Source: Thermoplasmata archaeon
Lineage (GTDB): Archaea; Thermoplasmatota; Thermoplasmata; Lutacidiplasmatales; UBA184
DNA length: 64,000 nt
NCBI GenBank assembly: GCA_035502475.1
Contig: DATJUJ010000030.1
Coordinates: 2,343-66,342, forward strand
Direction of reading: 5' to 3'
Shown: positions 26,259-35,305 of the stretch, piece after piece
How positions within the stretch are numbered: position 1 is the first letter of the stretch
How the letters are laid out: each line of letters opens with the position of its first letter
The notes under the pieces: model-generated
The model's input: only the letters and a program-made list of their open reading frames with translations
Told to the model about the DNA's origin: nothing
Database searches by the model: none
Translations under genes and position numbers: made by a program

Positions 26259-27308
26259 ATGGCGTGGGGAACACCGAGCCGCGAGCGTCGCGTGCTCAAA
26301 GCGGGGCACTCGTCGATCGCCGTCACGTTGCCGAAGCCGTGGGCGGAGGCGATGAACCTCCGCCCGGGGGACCTCATCGTCTTTGACCAGAACGACGACG
26401 GCACGCTCTACCTGAAGCCCGCCCCGCTGCCGGGCGCGGTCGCCGAGGTGGTGCCGTTCCTGGTCCAGGCCCGGTCGTTCGACACCCCGGGCGTCCTGGA
26501 GCGCCTCGTGGTCGGAGCCTACCGGGTGGGGCACGACTCGATCGAGATCCGGACGGATGTCCCGCTCGCTCCGGACCGGCTGGAGGAGCTCCAGGAGACC
26601 GCCCGCGGCCTGCTCGGCGTCTCGATCGTGGCGCAGGAGCCGACCCGCGTGGTGCTCCAGAACTTCATCGACCCGTCGAAGTACGGGCTCCCGCAGCTCG
26701 TCCAGCGCATGAAGATGATCCTGGTCGCCTTCCTCGAGGAGATGGAGGAGGTCGTCCAGCGCAAGACGCGCAGCCGCCGGATGAACGCCCTCGAGGAGGA
26801 GGCGAACAAGGTCCTGGCCCTGCTCGTCCGCCAGCTGTTCCTCGCAAGCCGCGACTGGTCGCTGGCGCGGCGCATCGGGAGCCCCGACCCCCGCCAACTG
26901 CTCGAGTGGCGCGTGGTCGTGCACGCGCTCGAGGAGCTCGCCGACCTCTACGGGGGCTCGCTCGCCTCCCTCAACGAGGAGGCCCCGACCCTCTCCGCGA
27001 CGACCGCGCGCGGCCTCCGCGCGTTCCTGCCGGAAGTGAAGGCCGAGCTGAAGACCGTCGTCGACGCCCTCATGCATCCGTCGCTCGACCGCGCCTGCGA
27101 AGCCTACAACACCAGCGCGCGACTGGCCGGGCACGTGGCGACCCCGGGCGAGCGCCGGAACGGCCACGGCCACGCGAAGCGCCCGACCGGAGGGCTCGGA
27201 ACGCACCTCCTCGAGCGCGGTGCCGGCTGCCTCTCCCTGCTCGCGGAGATCGCGATCGACCGCGCGGTCGCGTCGGGGACCGACACGATCCTCGTCGAGG
27301 CCGCCTGA
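26259..27308 (+). CDS. Archaeal PhoU-family regulator with an N-terminal AbrB/SpoVT-like swapped-hairpin domain.
   Basis: N-terminus VLKAGHSSIAVTLPKPWAEAMNLRPGDLIVFDQNDDGTLYLKP (AbrB-like), followed by two helical PhoU-like repeats. The protein is 349 aa. Confidence 0.7.
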   Translation: MAWGTPSRERRVLKAGHSSIAVTLPKPWAEAMNLRPGDLIVFDQNDDGTLYLKPAPLPGAVAEVVPFLVQARSFDTPGVLERLVVGAYRVGHDSIEIRTDVPLAPDRLEELQETARGLLGVSIVAQEPTRVVLQNFIDPSKYGLPQLVQRMKMILVAFLEEMEEVVQRKTRSRRMNALEEEANKVLALLVRQLFLASRDWSLARRIGSPDPRQLLEWRVVVHALEELADLYGGSLASLNEEAPTLSATTARGLRAFLPEVKAELKTVVDALMHPSLDRACEAYNTSARLAGHVATPGERRNGHGHAKRPTGGLGTHLLERGAGCLSLLAEIAIDRAVASGTDTILVEAA

Positions 27309-27410
27309 ACCCGCCTTATCTACCGCCCGTACGGACGGTAGGCACCCGTTCGGTCCTCCCGTACGAACGGGCCAAGGCGCGACCCTCGGTGGAGCGCCGG
27401 GGGAGCCTCT

Positions 27411-27620
27411 ATGTTCGACTCCATCGACGACTGGTTGATCATCGCCGTGGTCGCGGGGATCCTGTTCTACGGGTCCAGCAAGATCCCGCAGCTCGCGCAC
27501 AGCCTCGGCCGCTCCGTCGGGGAGTTCAAGAAGGGACGTTTGGAGGTCGACCGGGAGATCAAGGCCGAGCAGGCCGGCCAGGCCCCCGCCTCCGCGCAAC
27601 CGACCGGTCCCTCCCACTGA
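27411..27620 (+). CDS. tatA: Twin-arginine translocase subunit TatA/E.
   Basis: N-terminal TM helix followed by an amphipathic helix (MFDSIDDWLIIAVVAGILFYGSSKIPQLAHSLGRSVGEFKKG), 69 aa. Confidence 0.8.
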   Translation: MFDSIDDWLIIAVVAGILFYGSSKIPQLAHSLGRSVGEFKKGRLEVDREIKAEQAGQAPASAQPTGPSH

Positions 27621-27731
27621 GACCCTCCGACGCGTTCCGGAATGCGCGCCCGAGCTCCTGAGGAACCATTCGAAGCGACCCCGCCCCCGGGACGGGCGGC
27701 CGGCCCCGGACGCGGGGTGGCGGGGTGACGG

Positions 27732-28565
27732 GTGGGGGACCTCGACCGGATCCTCGGCGTGCTCACCGAGGTCCGCCGCCGCGCCGTCCGGATCGGCGTC
27801 GTGCTCGCCGGCATCTTCGGGTTCCTCTTGTTCTTCGAGCTGGTCCCGTTCCGCCTCGACCTGTTCGGCGTCTCGATCCCGTTCGCGTACCCCTGGCCGA
27901 GCCCGTTCTACAACATCACCGCCCAGATCTTCCAGCCGATGGTCGCCTGGATGCTGCCGCCGGGCGTCGAGCTCCTCAACGTGGGCGTCGGCGACTCGAT
28001 CGTCGTCCAGATGGAGATCGGGATCCTCCTCACGGTCATGCTCGGGATGCCGTGGATCGTCCACGAGCTGGGGGCGTTCCTGGTCCCGGCGCTCCGCCGC
28101 AACGAACGCCTCCTGCTCCGCCAGATCGGGATCCCCGCCAGCGTCCTCTTCGCCCTCGGGACCGGGATCGGGCTCGTGTTCATCACGCCGTTCACGTTCC
28201 GGCTCCTGTTCCGGTACGTGGCGGCGATGGGGCTCGCGCCGGTCCTCGGCGTGCAGGACTTCGTCACCTTCGCGCTCCTCTACTCGCTCGCGTTCGGCGT
28301 CGTCTTCGAGCTCCCGGTCTTCGTCTACGCGCTGACGCGCCTCGGCATCGTCAAGGCCGCGGCCTGGAAGAAGCACTGGCGCGGGGCGGTCTTGGGATCG
28401 CTCGTCTTCGGGATGATCATCACGCCGGACAATTCCGGCATCACGATGCTGATCATCGCGACGCCGATGATGGGGCTCTACTTCGGCGGGGCGTACTTCG
28501 CCGCCCGCTGGGAGCGGAGGACCGCCGTGCGGCGCCCGCCGCCGCGCGTCGTGGGCGCGGGGTGA
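27732..28565 (+). CDS. tatC: Twin-arginine translocase subunit TatC.
   Basis: Six-TM TatC topology with conserved stretches VPFRLDLFGVS...FTFRLLFRY...FELPVFVYALTRLGIV, 277 aa. Confidence 0.85.
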   Translation: MGDLDRILGVLTEVRRRAVRIGVVLAGIFGFLLFFELVPFRLDLFGVSIPFAYPWPSPFYNITAQIFQPMVAWMLPPGVELLNVGVGDSIVVQMEIGILLTVMLGMPWIVHELGAFLVPALRRNERLLLRQIGIPASVLFALGTGIGLVFITPFTFRLLFRYVAAMGLAPVLGVQDFVTFALLYSLAFGVVFELPVFVYALTRLGIVKAAAWKKHWRGAVLGSLVFGMIITPDNSGITMLIIATPMMGLYFGGAYFAARWERRTAVRRPPPRVVGAG

Positions 28566-28573
28566 GCTAGCGG

Positions 28574-28972
28574 ATGGCGCTCTTCTCCGACATCGACTGG
28601 CTGATCCTCCTGGTCGCCGGCGCGTTCCTGCTGCTCGGGAAGGACAGCTCGCAGCTCCTGCGCACCCTCGGCCGCTGGTACGGCCGCGCGGGGCGCTTGA
28701 AGCAGGACCTGCTCGCCGAGTTCTCGAAGGCGGCCGACCTCCCGCCGCCCATCCCCGGCCAGAGCCTCTCGATTCGCGGCGCGCTCCTGGGGCTCGACTC
28801 CGGGGCGGTCGCCCATGGGATCCCCGCGGCCGTGCGGGTCGCGCCGGGCGTGCCCGCCGTACCGAGCCCGCCGGCCCCCCGGCCGCCGGACCCGTGGACG
28901 GGCGGCTACCCGACCCCGACCTGGACGTCGACCCAGGCCCCCGGGAGCTGGGACCGGGAGGGACGGCCGTGA
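28574..28972 (+). CDS. Second TatA/TatB-family protein.
   Basis: Same N-terminal architecture as TatA (MALFSDIDWLILLVAGAFLLLGKDSSQLLRTLGRWYGRAGRLKQD), with a longer Pro-rich C-terminal tail. It is 132 aa. Confidence 0.6.
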   Translation: MALFSDIDWLILLVAGAFLLLGKDSSQLLRTLGRWYGRAGRLKQDLLAEFSKAADLPPPIPGQSLSIRGALLGLDSGAVAHGIPAAVRVAPGVPAVPSPPAPRPPDPWTGGYPTPTWTSTQAPGSWDREGRP

Positions 28973-29154
28973 GCACGCTCTCTCCCGACCAGATCGTGGA
29001 GCTGACCGAGATCCTCGTGATCCTGATGGGGATCGGCATCACCTGGGCGGTCTACCACGGCAGCGAGCGCGCCGAGCTTCCGGGCGAGGCCCGCGAGCCG
29101 CCCCCGGGGGAACCGGACGACGCCGTCCCCGACACGCGCGGGAGGACCCTCTGA
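28969..29154 (+). CDS. Single-TM micro-protein (61 aa) immediately upstream of, and overlapping, the Rieske gene.
   Basis: GTG start preceded by GGGAGGGACGG. TM helix LTEILVILMGIGITWAVY. The stop TGA overlaps the Rieske ATG (TGATG). Confidence 0.35.
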   Translation: MSTLSPDQIVELTEILVILMGIGITWAVYHGSERAELPGEAREPPPGEPDDAVPDTRGRTL

Positions 29155-29975
29155 TGCCGTCGTTCGACTGCCCGCCGTCGTGCCCGTTCGTCGCGGCCCA
29201 GGACCCGGCGCTCTCGTTCCCCGTGGGCCAGCTCCGGCGGGTCGCGCGGGCCGGGGTCGACGGCGAGGAGGTCGACGAGACCAAGCGCAACGTCCTCAAG
29301 CTCCTCGCGGTCGCCGGGCTCATCGGCGCCGCCGGTGGGGGCCTCGTCGGCGGGACCCTCCAGTACGTCCAGCCGCCGGTCGTTGGGATCAGCAGCTACC
29401 CCCGGACCCAGCTCGTGGACCTCGACGGGAGCCCGCTCACCGTCACGAAGGTCGAGTCGGAATACAACGTCGGCACGAGCTCCGACCTCATCTTCTACTA
29501 CCCGCTCCAGAACGAGCCAAACTTCCTGATCAACCTCTACCCGATCAACGGTCAGCCCCCGACGGCGAGCAACCCCGGCGCGCAGAACGTCCCGGGGGGC
29601 GTCGGCACGAACGGCTCGATCGTCGCCTACAGCGCGATCTGCCAGCACCTGGGCTGCCCGGCCCCCGCGATCTCGTACTATCCGCCGGGCACCTGCCCCC
29701 AGACGCCCGGCGGGAAGGTGTTCTACATCCACTGCTCCTGCCACGGTTCGACCTACGACCCCTCGAACTCGGCGTCGAACCTGACCGGGCCCGCCGTGCT
29801 GCCGCTGCCCCAGGTGGTGCTCGACGTCGACTCGGACGGCGTGATCTTCGCGACCGGCATGAACGGCCCGCCGGTGAACGGCCACTTGAGCACCCTGCAG
29901 GGCGACTACGGCGTCGGCACGACGAGCCAGCTCTCGAAGGAGTCGCCCGTCATCCTATGCTCCTTCCCCTCGTAG
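29154..29975 (+). CDS. Rieske [2Fe-2S] iron-sulfur protein.
   Basis: Cluster boxes CQHLGCP and CSCHGS. N-terminal export/anchor region DETKRNVLKLLAVAGLIGAAGG. Several sequons. RBS GGGAGGA. The protein is 273 aa. Confidence 0.85.
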   Translation: MPSFDCPPSCPFVAAQDPALSFPVGQLRRVARAGVDGEEVDETKRNVLKLLAVAGLIGAAGGGLVGGTLQYVQPPVVGISSYPRTQLVDLDGSPLTVTKVESEYNVGTSSDLIFYYPLQNEPNFLINLYPINGQPPTASNPGAQNVPGGVGTNGSIVAYSAICQHLGCPAPAISYYPPGTCPQTPGGKVFYIHCSCHGSTYDPSNSASNLTGPAVLPLPQVVLDVDSDGVIFATGMNGPPVNGHLSTLQGDYGVGTTSQLSKESPVILCSFPS

Positions 29976-29987
29976 GAGGTCCGTCGG

Positions 29988-31343
29988 GTGTCGTTCTCGA
30001 ACTGGTACAACCGGTCCCTCAACAAGATCTGGGGGTTCGTCGAGGACCGGACCTCGATGCGCAAGTGGGCGCTCCGCCCACAGCCCGAGTTCACGTTCAA
30101 GCCGTCGTACTGGACCGGGGCCTTCGTCGTCAACGCGTTCCTCTACCAGGTCATCTCCGGCGCGCTGCTGCTCCTGTACTACCAGCCGAGCACGGGGACG
30201 ACGCTCACCGCGTGCGGCCAGGCCGTGGGCACGCAGTCCTCGGCCCCGGCCGCGTGGTGCTCGACGTACTACATCGTCCACTCGGTGCCGATGGGTTCGC
30301 TGCTGCTGACGAGCCACCTCTACGGCGCCTACGCGATGATCTTTCTGATGTTCGTCCACTTTTTCCGAGGCTACTACATGGGCGTCTACAAGGCGCCCCG
30401 GGAATTCTCCTGGATGGTCGGCACCCTCCTCCTCATCGTCACGCTGGGGATGGGATTCACCGGCTACCTGCTGCCGTACACGCAGATCTCGTACAACGCG
30501 ACGAACGTCGGGCTCGTCCTCGCGCTGCGGCTCCCCACCTTCGGCCCGCTGCTCGGGCCGTTCATCCTCGCGGACGGGACCTCGCAGGGCCTGTTATCGC
30601 GGATGTTCGACGCGCACGTCCTCCTCCTGCCCGTGGCGCTCGCGGCGCTCCTCTACGCGCACATCGCGCTGTTCGAGTCGCACGGGATCGCGCCCCCGGC
30701 GTCGTCGGACCCGACGCAACGACGGCGCTACACCGTCAAGGACGACGAGCGGCACGTCCCGTTCATGCCCCACATCTTCTGGTACATCACGAAGTGGGGG
30801 CTCCTCTACGTCGGCCTCCTGCTCGGCATCGCCGCGCTCTGGCCGTGGACGCTGCCCACCTACGTCGGCAACCTCGCGGCCGCGGGCGCGGTGACGGAGC
30901 CGGACTGGTACTTCCTGTGGCTGTTCAAGTTCGTCGACTTCGCCGGCGTGACCCCCGTGCTCGCGGTCGGCATCACGACCGTGCTGATCGTCTACGTGCT
31001 GTTCCTGCCGTTCCTCGACCGGTCGAAGCGCACGCACCCCCGCGATCGGCCGCTGTTCATCTGGATCGCCACGTCGCTGCTCGGGTTCTTCATCGTCATG
31101 ACCGTCTGGGGCGGAGAGACCCCCGGGGTCCAGATCACCCCGCCGGTCGTCGCGGAGACGATCGGGCCGATCTTCGCCGTCAACGCCGTCGTGACGATCC
31201 TCTTCCACTGGCGCTACGTCCGCAGCTATCGGCGCCGCCTCGCGTCGCGGGTCCCGAACTTCCCCGGCGTCTACGCGGCCCCGGACGCGCCGCCGGGGAG
31301 CGGCCTCCCCCTCGGGGCGCAGGAGGCGAAGTCCGTTGACTGA
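29988..31343 (+). CDS. Cytochrome b (b6-like N-terminal domain plus C-terminal extension) of a bc-type quinol-oxidising complex.
   Basis: GTG start after GGAGG. Heme-ligand histidines sit in TM helices (LTSHLYGAYAMIFLMFVHFFRGYY). The protein is 451 aa. Confidence 0.85.
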   Translation: MSFSNWYNRSLNKIWGFVEDRTSMRKWALRPQPEFTFKPSYWTGAFVVNAFLYQVISGALLLLYYQPSTGTTLTACGQAVGTQSSAPAAWCSTYYIVHSVPMGSLLLTSHLYGAYAMIFLMFVHFFRGYYMGVYKAPREFSWMVGTLLLIVTLGMGFTGYLLPYTQISYNATNVGLVLALRLPTFGPLLGPFILADGTSQGLLSRMFDAHVLLLPVALAALLYAHIALFESHGIAPPASSDPTQRRRYTVKDDERHVPFMPHIFWYITKWGLLYVGLLLGIAALWPWTLPTYVGNLAAAGAVTEPDWYFLWLFKFVDFAGVTPVLAVGITTVLIVYVLFLPFLDRSKRTHPRDRPLFIWIATSLLGFFIVMTVWGGETPGVQITPPVVAETIGPIFAVNAVVTILFHWRYVRSYRRRLASRVPNFPGVYAAPDAPPGSGLPLGAQEAKSVD

Positions 31344-31602
31344 CCCGGGCGAGGAGAAGCCCCAGTGGAAGACCGGCGTCCTCTGGTGGATCCTCGCGCT
31401 GTTCCTCGGCCTCGGCACGATCGGGGCCGCGACGGTCGTCTACGGGCTCCTCGGCATCGCGTCGGGTCAGTGGATCGACGCGGTCGCCGTCGCGATCGGG
31501 GCGGTCATCGCCGTGCTCGCGTTCCTGTTCCTCGTCGGGATCCTTTACCGGGTCGACCGCTACCGCGGGGCGACCGGCCGGCAGGTGAAGCTGTTTGAGT
31601 AG
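31336..31602 (+). CDS. Small two-TM membrane protein, a likely accessory subunit of the bc complex or oxidase.
   Basis: TTG start overlapping the cytochrome b stop. The 88-aa product has two hydrophobic helices. Confidence 0.4.
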   Translation: MTDPGEEKPQWKTGVLWWILALFLGLGTIGAATVVYGLLGIASGQWIDAVAVAIGAVIAVLAFLFLVGILYRVDRYRGATGRQVKLFE

Positions 31603-31969
31603 CGGGGTCCCGAGCGAAGCCGAACTGCGCGAACTCCGGCGGCGCGTCGTGAACCTCTACGACGGGGTCACGTTCCTCATGTTGGTCGGCATCGCGGTCC
31701 TCATCGTCTACTCGATCGAGCTCGGTTCCCTGGCGAGCCCCGGCGCCCAGCAGTCGTTCGGCTACGCCGTCGCCCTCATGTTCCTGATGAGCGCGGTGAT
31801 CGTGCACCTCGTGGACCGGACCTACCGGGTCTGGCCGCTCGGCCGGCGCTTCCGCCCGACGCCCCCGGGGCCGGTGACGCCGCACGCCCAGGCGCGGTTC
31901 CTGGCGATCCTCGTCTTCGTGATCGGCGCGGCGGCGATCGCGTACGTACTAGGGGGACTTATCGCATGA
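31595..31969 (+). CDS. Small three-TM membrane protein, a likely accessory subunit.
   Basis: TTG start overlapping the previous stop. The 124-aa product has three hydrophobic helices. Confidence 0.4.
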   Translation: MSSGVPSEAELRELRRRVVNLYDGVTFLMLVGIAVLIVYSIELGSLASPGAQQSFGYAVALMFLMSAVIVHLVDRTYRVWPLGRRFRPTPPGPVTPHAQARFLAILVFVIGAAAIAYVLGGLIA

Positions 31970-31985
31970 CGGCGGAGGAGCCGCA

Positions 31986-33677
31986 GTGACCGACCTGACG
32001 GTCCCGCTCGTCATCGTGGGCCTCATCGCGGTCCTCACGGCGTTCCTCACCTGGGCGTTCTACTACCACGGCCCGTGGCTGGTCGGGGCGATCAAGACCT
32101 GGCTGTTCACGACCGATCACAAGCGGATCGGTCTCATGTACATCGCGACCGGGATCCTGTTCTTCTTCATCGGCGGGATCTACGCGACGCTGATCCGGAC
32201 CGATCTCGGCCTCGTGCAGGGCCTCGGGATGGACCCGCAGACGACGCTCGGGATCACCCCGGACGTCTACTCGACCCTGTTCACCGAGCACGGCGTGTTG
32301 ATGATCTTCATGTTCATCATCCCGACCCTCGCCGGGTTCGGGAACTACCTCGTCCCGTCGATGATCGGCTCGCGCGAGATGGCGCTGCCGCGCATCAACG
32401 CGATCGCGTTCTGGCTCATCCCGCCCGCCGGCGTGATCCTGATCTGCTCGAACGCGTACGCGGGCTGGACCGGCTACGTGCCGCTCACGCTCCAGTCGTT
32501 CGGTCCGAACCCGTACGGGGTCGACCTCTGGATCCTGGGCCTGCACATCCTCACGATCTCCTCGATGCTCGGGGCGATCAACTTCCTCGTCACGATCCTC
32601 AAGCACCGCGCGCCCGGCGTCCACTACTGGAACATGCCGCTGTTCGTCTGGGCGACGCTCATCAACTCGGTCCTGCTCATCTTCGCGCTCCCATCGCTCT
32701 CGATCGGCCTCACGTTCATCCTGTCCGACCGGAACTTCGGCACCCACATCTTAGCGAGCGTGAACGGCACGCCGCTCGGCGGGGCGCTCCTCTACCAGAA
32801 CATCTTCTGGTTCTTCGCGCACCCCGAGGTGTACATCATGGTCCTGCCGGCGTTCGGGATCATCTCCACGGTCATCCCGAAGCTGGCGCGCAAGGACATC
32901 TTCGGCTACGGCGCCATGGCCGTCTCGCTGGGCGCGTTCGCGGTGCTCTCCTTCGCCGTCTGGGAGCACCACATGTTCGTGACCGGGATCTCGACGAACA
33001 TCCGGTTCGTCTTCATGCTCGCGACGATGGCGATCGCCGTCCCGTCCGCGGTGAAGACGTTCAACTGGGTCGCGACGCTCTGGGGCGGCCGCATCTGGAT
33101 GGCGGTCCCGATGTGGTTCTGTGTCGCGTTCATCACCGGCTTCGTGATCGGAGGGCTCTCGGGCCTGATGCTCGCGTCCGTGCCCGTCGACTACCTCTAC
33201 CACGGGACGTACTTCGTGGTGGCCCACTTCCACTACATCCTGCTCGGCGGGACCCTGATGGCGATCTTCGCCGGGATCTACTTCTATTTCCCGATCATCA
33301 CGCGCCGTTGGTACAACCAGAAGCTGGGCCACGTCCACTTCCTGCTCACGTACGTCGGGGTCAACCTCCTGCTGTTCCCGATGTTCCTGCTCGGGGCCGA
33401 GGGGATGCCGCGCCGGGTCTACACCTACCTCTGGGCCGGGAACTTCCAGGCGCTCAACTTCCTCTCCACGATGGGCGCCTACATCCTGGGGATCGGGCAG
33501 CTCGTCTTCCTCTACAACATGACGTACAGCTACTTCGCCGGCCAGCCCGTCACGACCGCGGACCCGTGGGGCGAGGAGCTTGCGGTCCGGTTCACCGGAC
33601 CGGTCGCGAAGCCCGCGCCGCTCCCCTCGCGGGTCCCGACGCCCGTGCCGACCGCCGCGACCCCGGAGGCTCCGTAG
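31986..33677 (+). CDS. coxA: Heme-copper oxidase (cytochrome c oxidase) subunit I.
   Basis: The protein has 12 TM helices. Conserved His ligands occur in [11 protein letters not shown] and [13 protein letters not shown]. There is a GTG start after GGAGGAG. The protein is 563 aa. Confidence 0.9.
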   Translation: MTDLTVPLVIVGLIAVLTAFLTWAFYYHGPWLVGAIKTWLFTTDHKRIGLMYIATGILFFFIGGIYATLIRTDLGLVQGLGMDPQTTLGITPDVYSTLFTEHGVLMIFMFIIPTLAGFGNYLVPSMIGSREMALPRINAIAFWLIPPAGVILICSNAYAGWTGYVPLTLQSFGPNPYGVDLWILGLHILTISSMLGAINFLVTILKHRAPGVHYWNMPLFVWATLINSVLLIFALPSLSIGLTFILSDRNFGTHILASVNGTPLGGALLYQNIFWFFAHPEVYIMVLPAFGIISTVIPKLARKDIFGYGAMAVSLGAFAVLSFAVWEHHMFVTGISTNIRFVFMLATMAIAVPSAVKTFNWVATLWGGRIWMAVPMWFCVAFITGFVIGGLSGLMLASVPVDYLYHGTYFVVAHFHYILLGGTLMAIFAGIYFYFPIITRRWYNQKLGHVHFLLTYVGVNLLLFPMFLLGAEGMPRRVYTYLWAGNFQALNFLSTMGAYILGIGQLVFLYNMTYSYFAGQPVTTADPWGEELAVRFTGPVAKPAPLPSRVPTPVPTAATPEAP

Positions 33678-33678
33678 G

Positions 33679-34275
33679 ATGGCGTCGCGCCGGGGCCACG
33701 ACCTGTTCCGCATCACGGCCGTGCTCGCCTGCGTGCTCTGCTACTCGACGATCCTCCTCGGCGGGAACGTGATGGCGAGCGGGGACGGGCTGGGATGCCC
33801 CCACTGGCCGACGTGCTACGCGAACGGGAACCTGCTGCCCGCCTACGCGGGGCCCGCGGCGGTCGAGTGGAGCCACCGGGTCTTCGCGTTCTTCCTCTCC
33901 GCCACGGTCCTGCTGCTCGCCGCGCTCGGGCTCGCCTTCGAGCGGACGCGCCGCATCCTCCTCAAGCTGAGCTTCCTCTCGCTCGGTCTCGTCGTGACCG
34001 AGGCGCTCCTCGGCGGCCTCGTCGTGGAGAGCAACCTGCAGCCGGGGCTGATCCTGATCCATCTCGGGATCGCCACCGCGCTCTTCGGCCTCCTCATCGT
34101 GATCGCCATCCTCGCCAATCTCAAGGAGATGCCGCGTCGCTGGATCGAGTGGGCGCGACGCGCCGCCGAGGAGACCCCGAGCCCGCCGCCCCGGGACCGC
34201 GCGTCCGCGCCGGCCCCGACGACCCCCGGGCCGCGCGACGGCCGGGTCGGGGCGGTCGGCGCCCCCGAAGGCTAA
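33679..34275 (+). CDS. ctaA: Heme A synthase of the short 4-TM archaeal type (CtaA).
   Basis: ATG after GGAGG. Cysteine-pair loop GDGLGCPHWPTCY between TM1 and TM2. His residues in TM helices (SHRVFAFF, LIHLGIA). The protein is about 198 aa. Confidence 0.65.
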   Translation: MASRRGHDLFRITAVLACVLCYSTILLGGNVMASGDGLGCPHWPTCYANGNLLPAYAGPAAVEWSHRVFAFFLSATVLLLAALGLAFERTRRILLKLSFLSLGLVVTEALLGGLVVESNLQPGLILIHLGIATALFGLLIVIAILANLKEMPRRWIEWARRAAEETPSPPPRDRASAPAPTTPGPRDGRVGAVGAPEG

Positions 34276-34311
34276 GGGGAGCCGAGCGCTCGCTCGGGTC
34301 CCTGCCTACCG

Positions 34312-35244
34312 ATGACGATCCCATCGCCCGCCCCGGTGCCGGTCGCCGCCCGCCCCCGGGCCCGCGCGGGCGACTACGTGACGCTCGCGAAGCCCGGCAT
34401 CACCGCGCTCATCGTCACCGTGGCGGTCGGCGGGTTCCTGCTCGCCGACCCGCGCTCGATCGACCTCGTCCGGCTCGGCATCCTCGTCGCCACGGGCGCC
34501 GCCGGTTCGGCGGGCGCCGCGATGCTGAACCACTACCTGGACCGCGACCTCGATCGCCGGATGCGACGGACCCGCGGTCGGCCGCTCGCCGACGAGCGGA
34601 TCGCCCCGGGCGCTCTCGTCGCCGGGCTCGGGCTCGTGTTGCTCGCGCTCGGGATCGGCGGCGCCGCGCTGCTCCTCAACCCGCTCACCGGCTTCTCGAT
34701 CTTCCTCGGCGGGATCACGTACGTCGTGGTCTACACCGTCTGGCTCAAGCGCCGCTCGAGCTGGAACATCGTGATCGGCGGGTTCGCGGGCAGCGCCCCG
34801 GCGCTCGCGGGGAGCGCCGCCGCGGTCGGCAGCTGGACCCCGGGCGTGATCGCGTTCGCCGTGCTCGTCTTCCTGTGGACCCCGCCCCACTTCTGGAGCC
34901 TCGCGCTCGTCCTCAAGGACGACTACGCGCGGGCCGGGCTCCCGATGCTGCCGCGGATGGACGACCTCCCGTTCTCGGGCAAGATGGTCGTGGTCTCGGC
35001 GGCGCTGCTGGTGCCCGCGGCCGTGCTCGTCGGGGCGACCGGCGCGATCACCTGGCCGGTCCTCGCGGCGCTCGTCGCCCTCGGCGCGCTGTTCGTCTAC
35101 GTGACCGCGCCGCTCTGGCGGAGCGTGACGCCGCGCCTCGCCCGGCGGGGATTCATCTTCTCCGGGCCGTACCTGCTGGGGGTCGTGCTGGCGATCCTCG
35201 CCAACGCCCCGCTCGTCCGGGTCGGGGTGCCGACCGGGTTCTGA
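34312..35244 (+). CDS. ctaB: Protoheme IX farnesyltransferase (heme O synthase, UbiA family).
   Basis: UbiA motifs NHYLDRDLDRRMRRTRGRP in a 9-TM, 310-aa protein. Confidence 0.85.
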   Translation: MTIPSPAPVPVAARPRARAGDYVTLAKPGITALIVTVAVGGFLLADPRSIDLVRLGILVATGAAGSAGAAMLNHYLDRDLDRRMRRTRGRPLADERIAPGALVAGLGLVLLALGIGGAALLLNPLTGFSIFLGGITYVVVYTVWLKRRSSWNIVIGGFAGSAPALAGSAAAVGSWTPGVIAFAVLVFLWTPPHFWSLALVLKDDYARAGLPMLPRMDDLPFSGKMVVVSAALLVPAAVLVGATGAITWPVLAALVALGALFVYVTAPLWRSVTPRLARRGFIFSGPYLLGVVLAILANAPLVRVGVPTGF

Positions 35245-35305
35245 GCGCCCCGAGACCGGGCGTCCCGGCGCAACCTTATCTCTCCCCGGCCTCCTAGTAC
35301 GCCCG

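Noticed and set aside
26226-29042. A 938-aa minus-strand ORF over the PhoU-like regulator, tatA and tatC.
   Set aside because: It is an antisense shadow. The Tat and PhoU genes on the plus strand have clear family signatures.
32075-33772. A 565-aa plus-strand ORF in an alternative frame of coxI.
   Set aside because: It is a frame-shifted shadow of the subunit I gene (Arg/Pro/Asp-rich). The GTG-initiated frame at 31986 has the heme-copper oxidase histidines.
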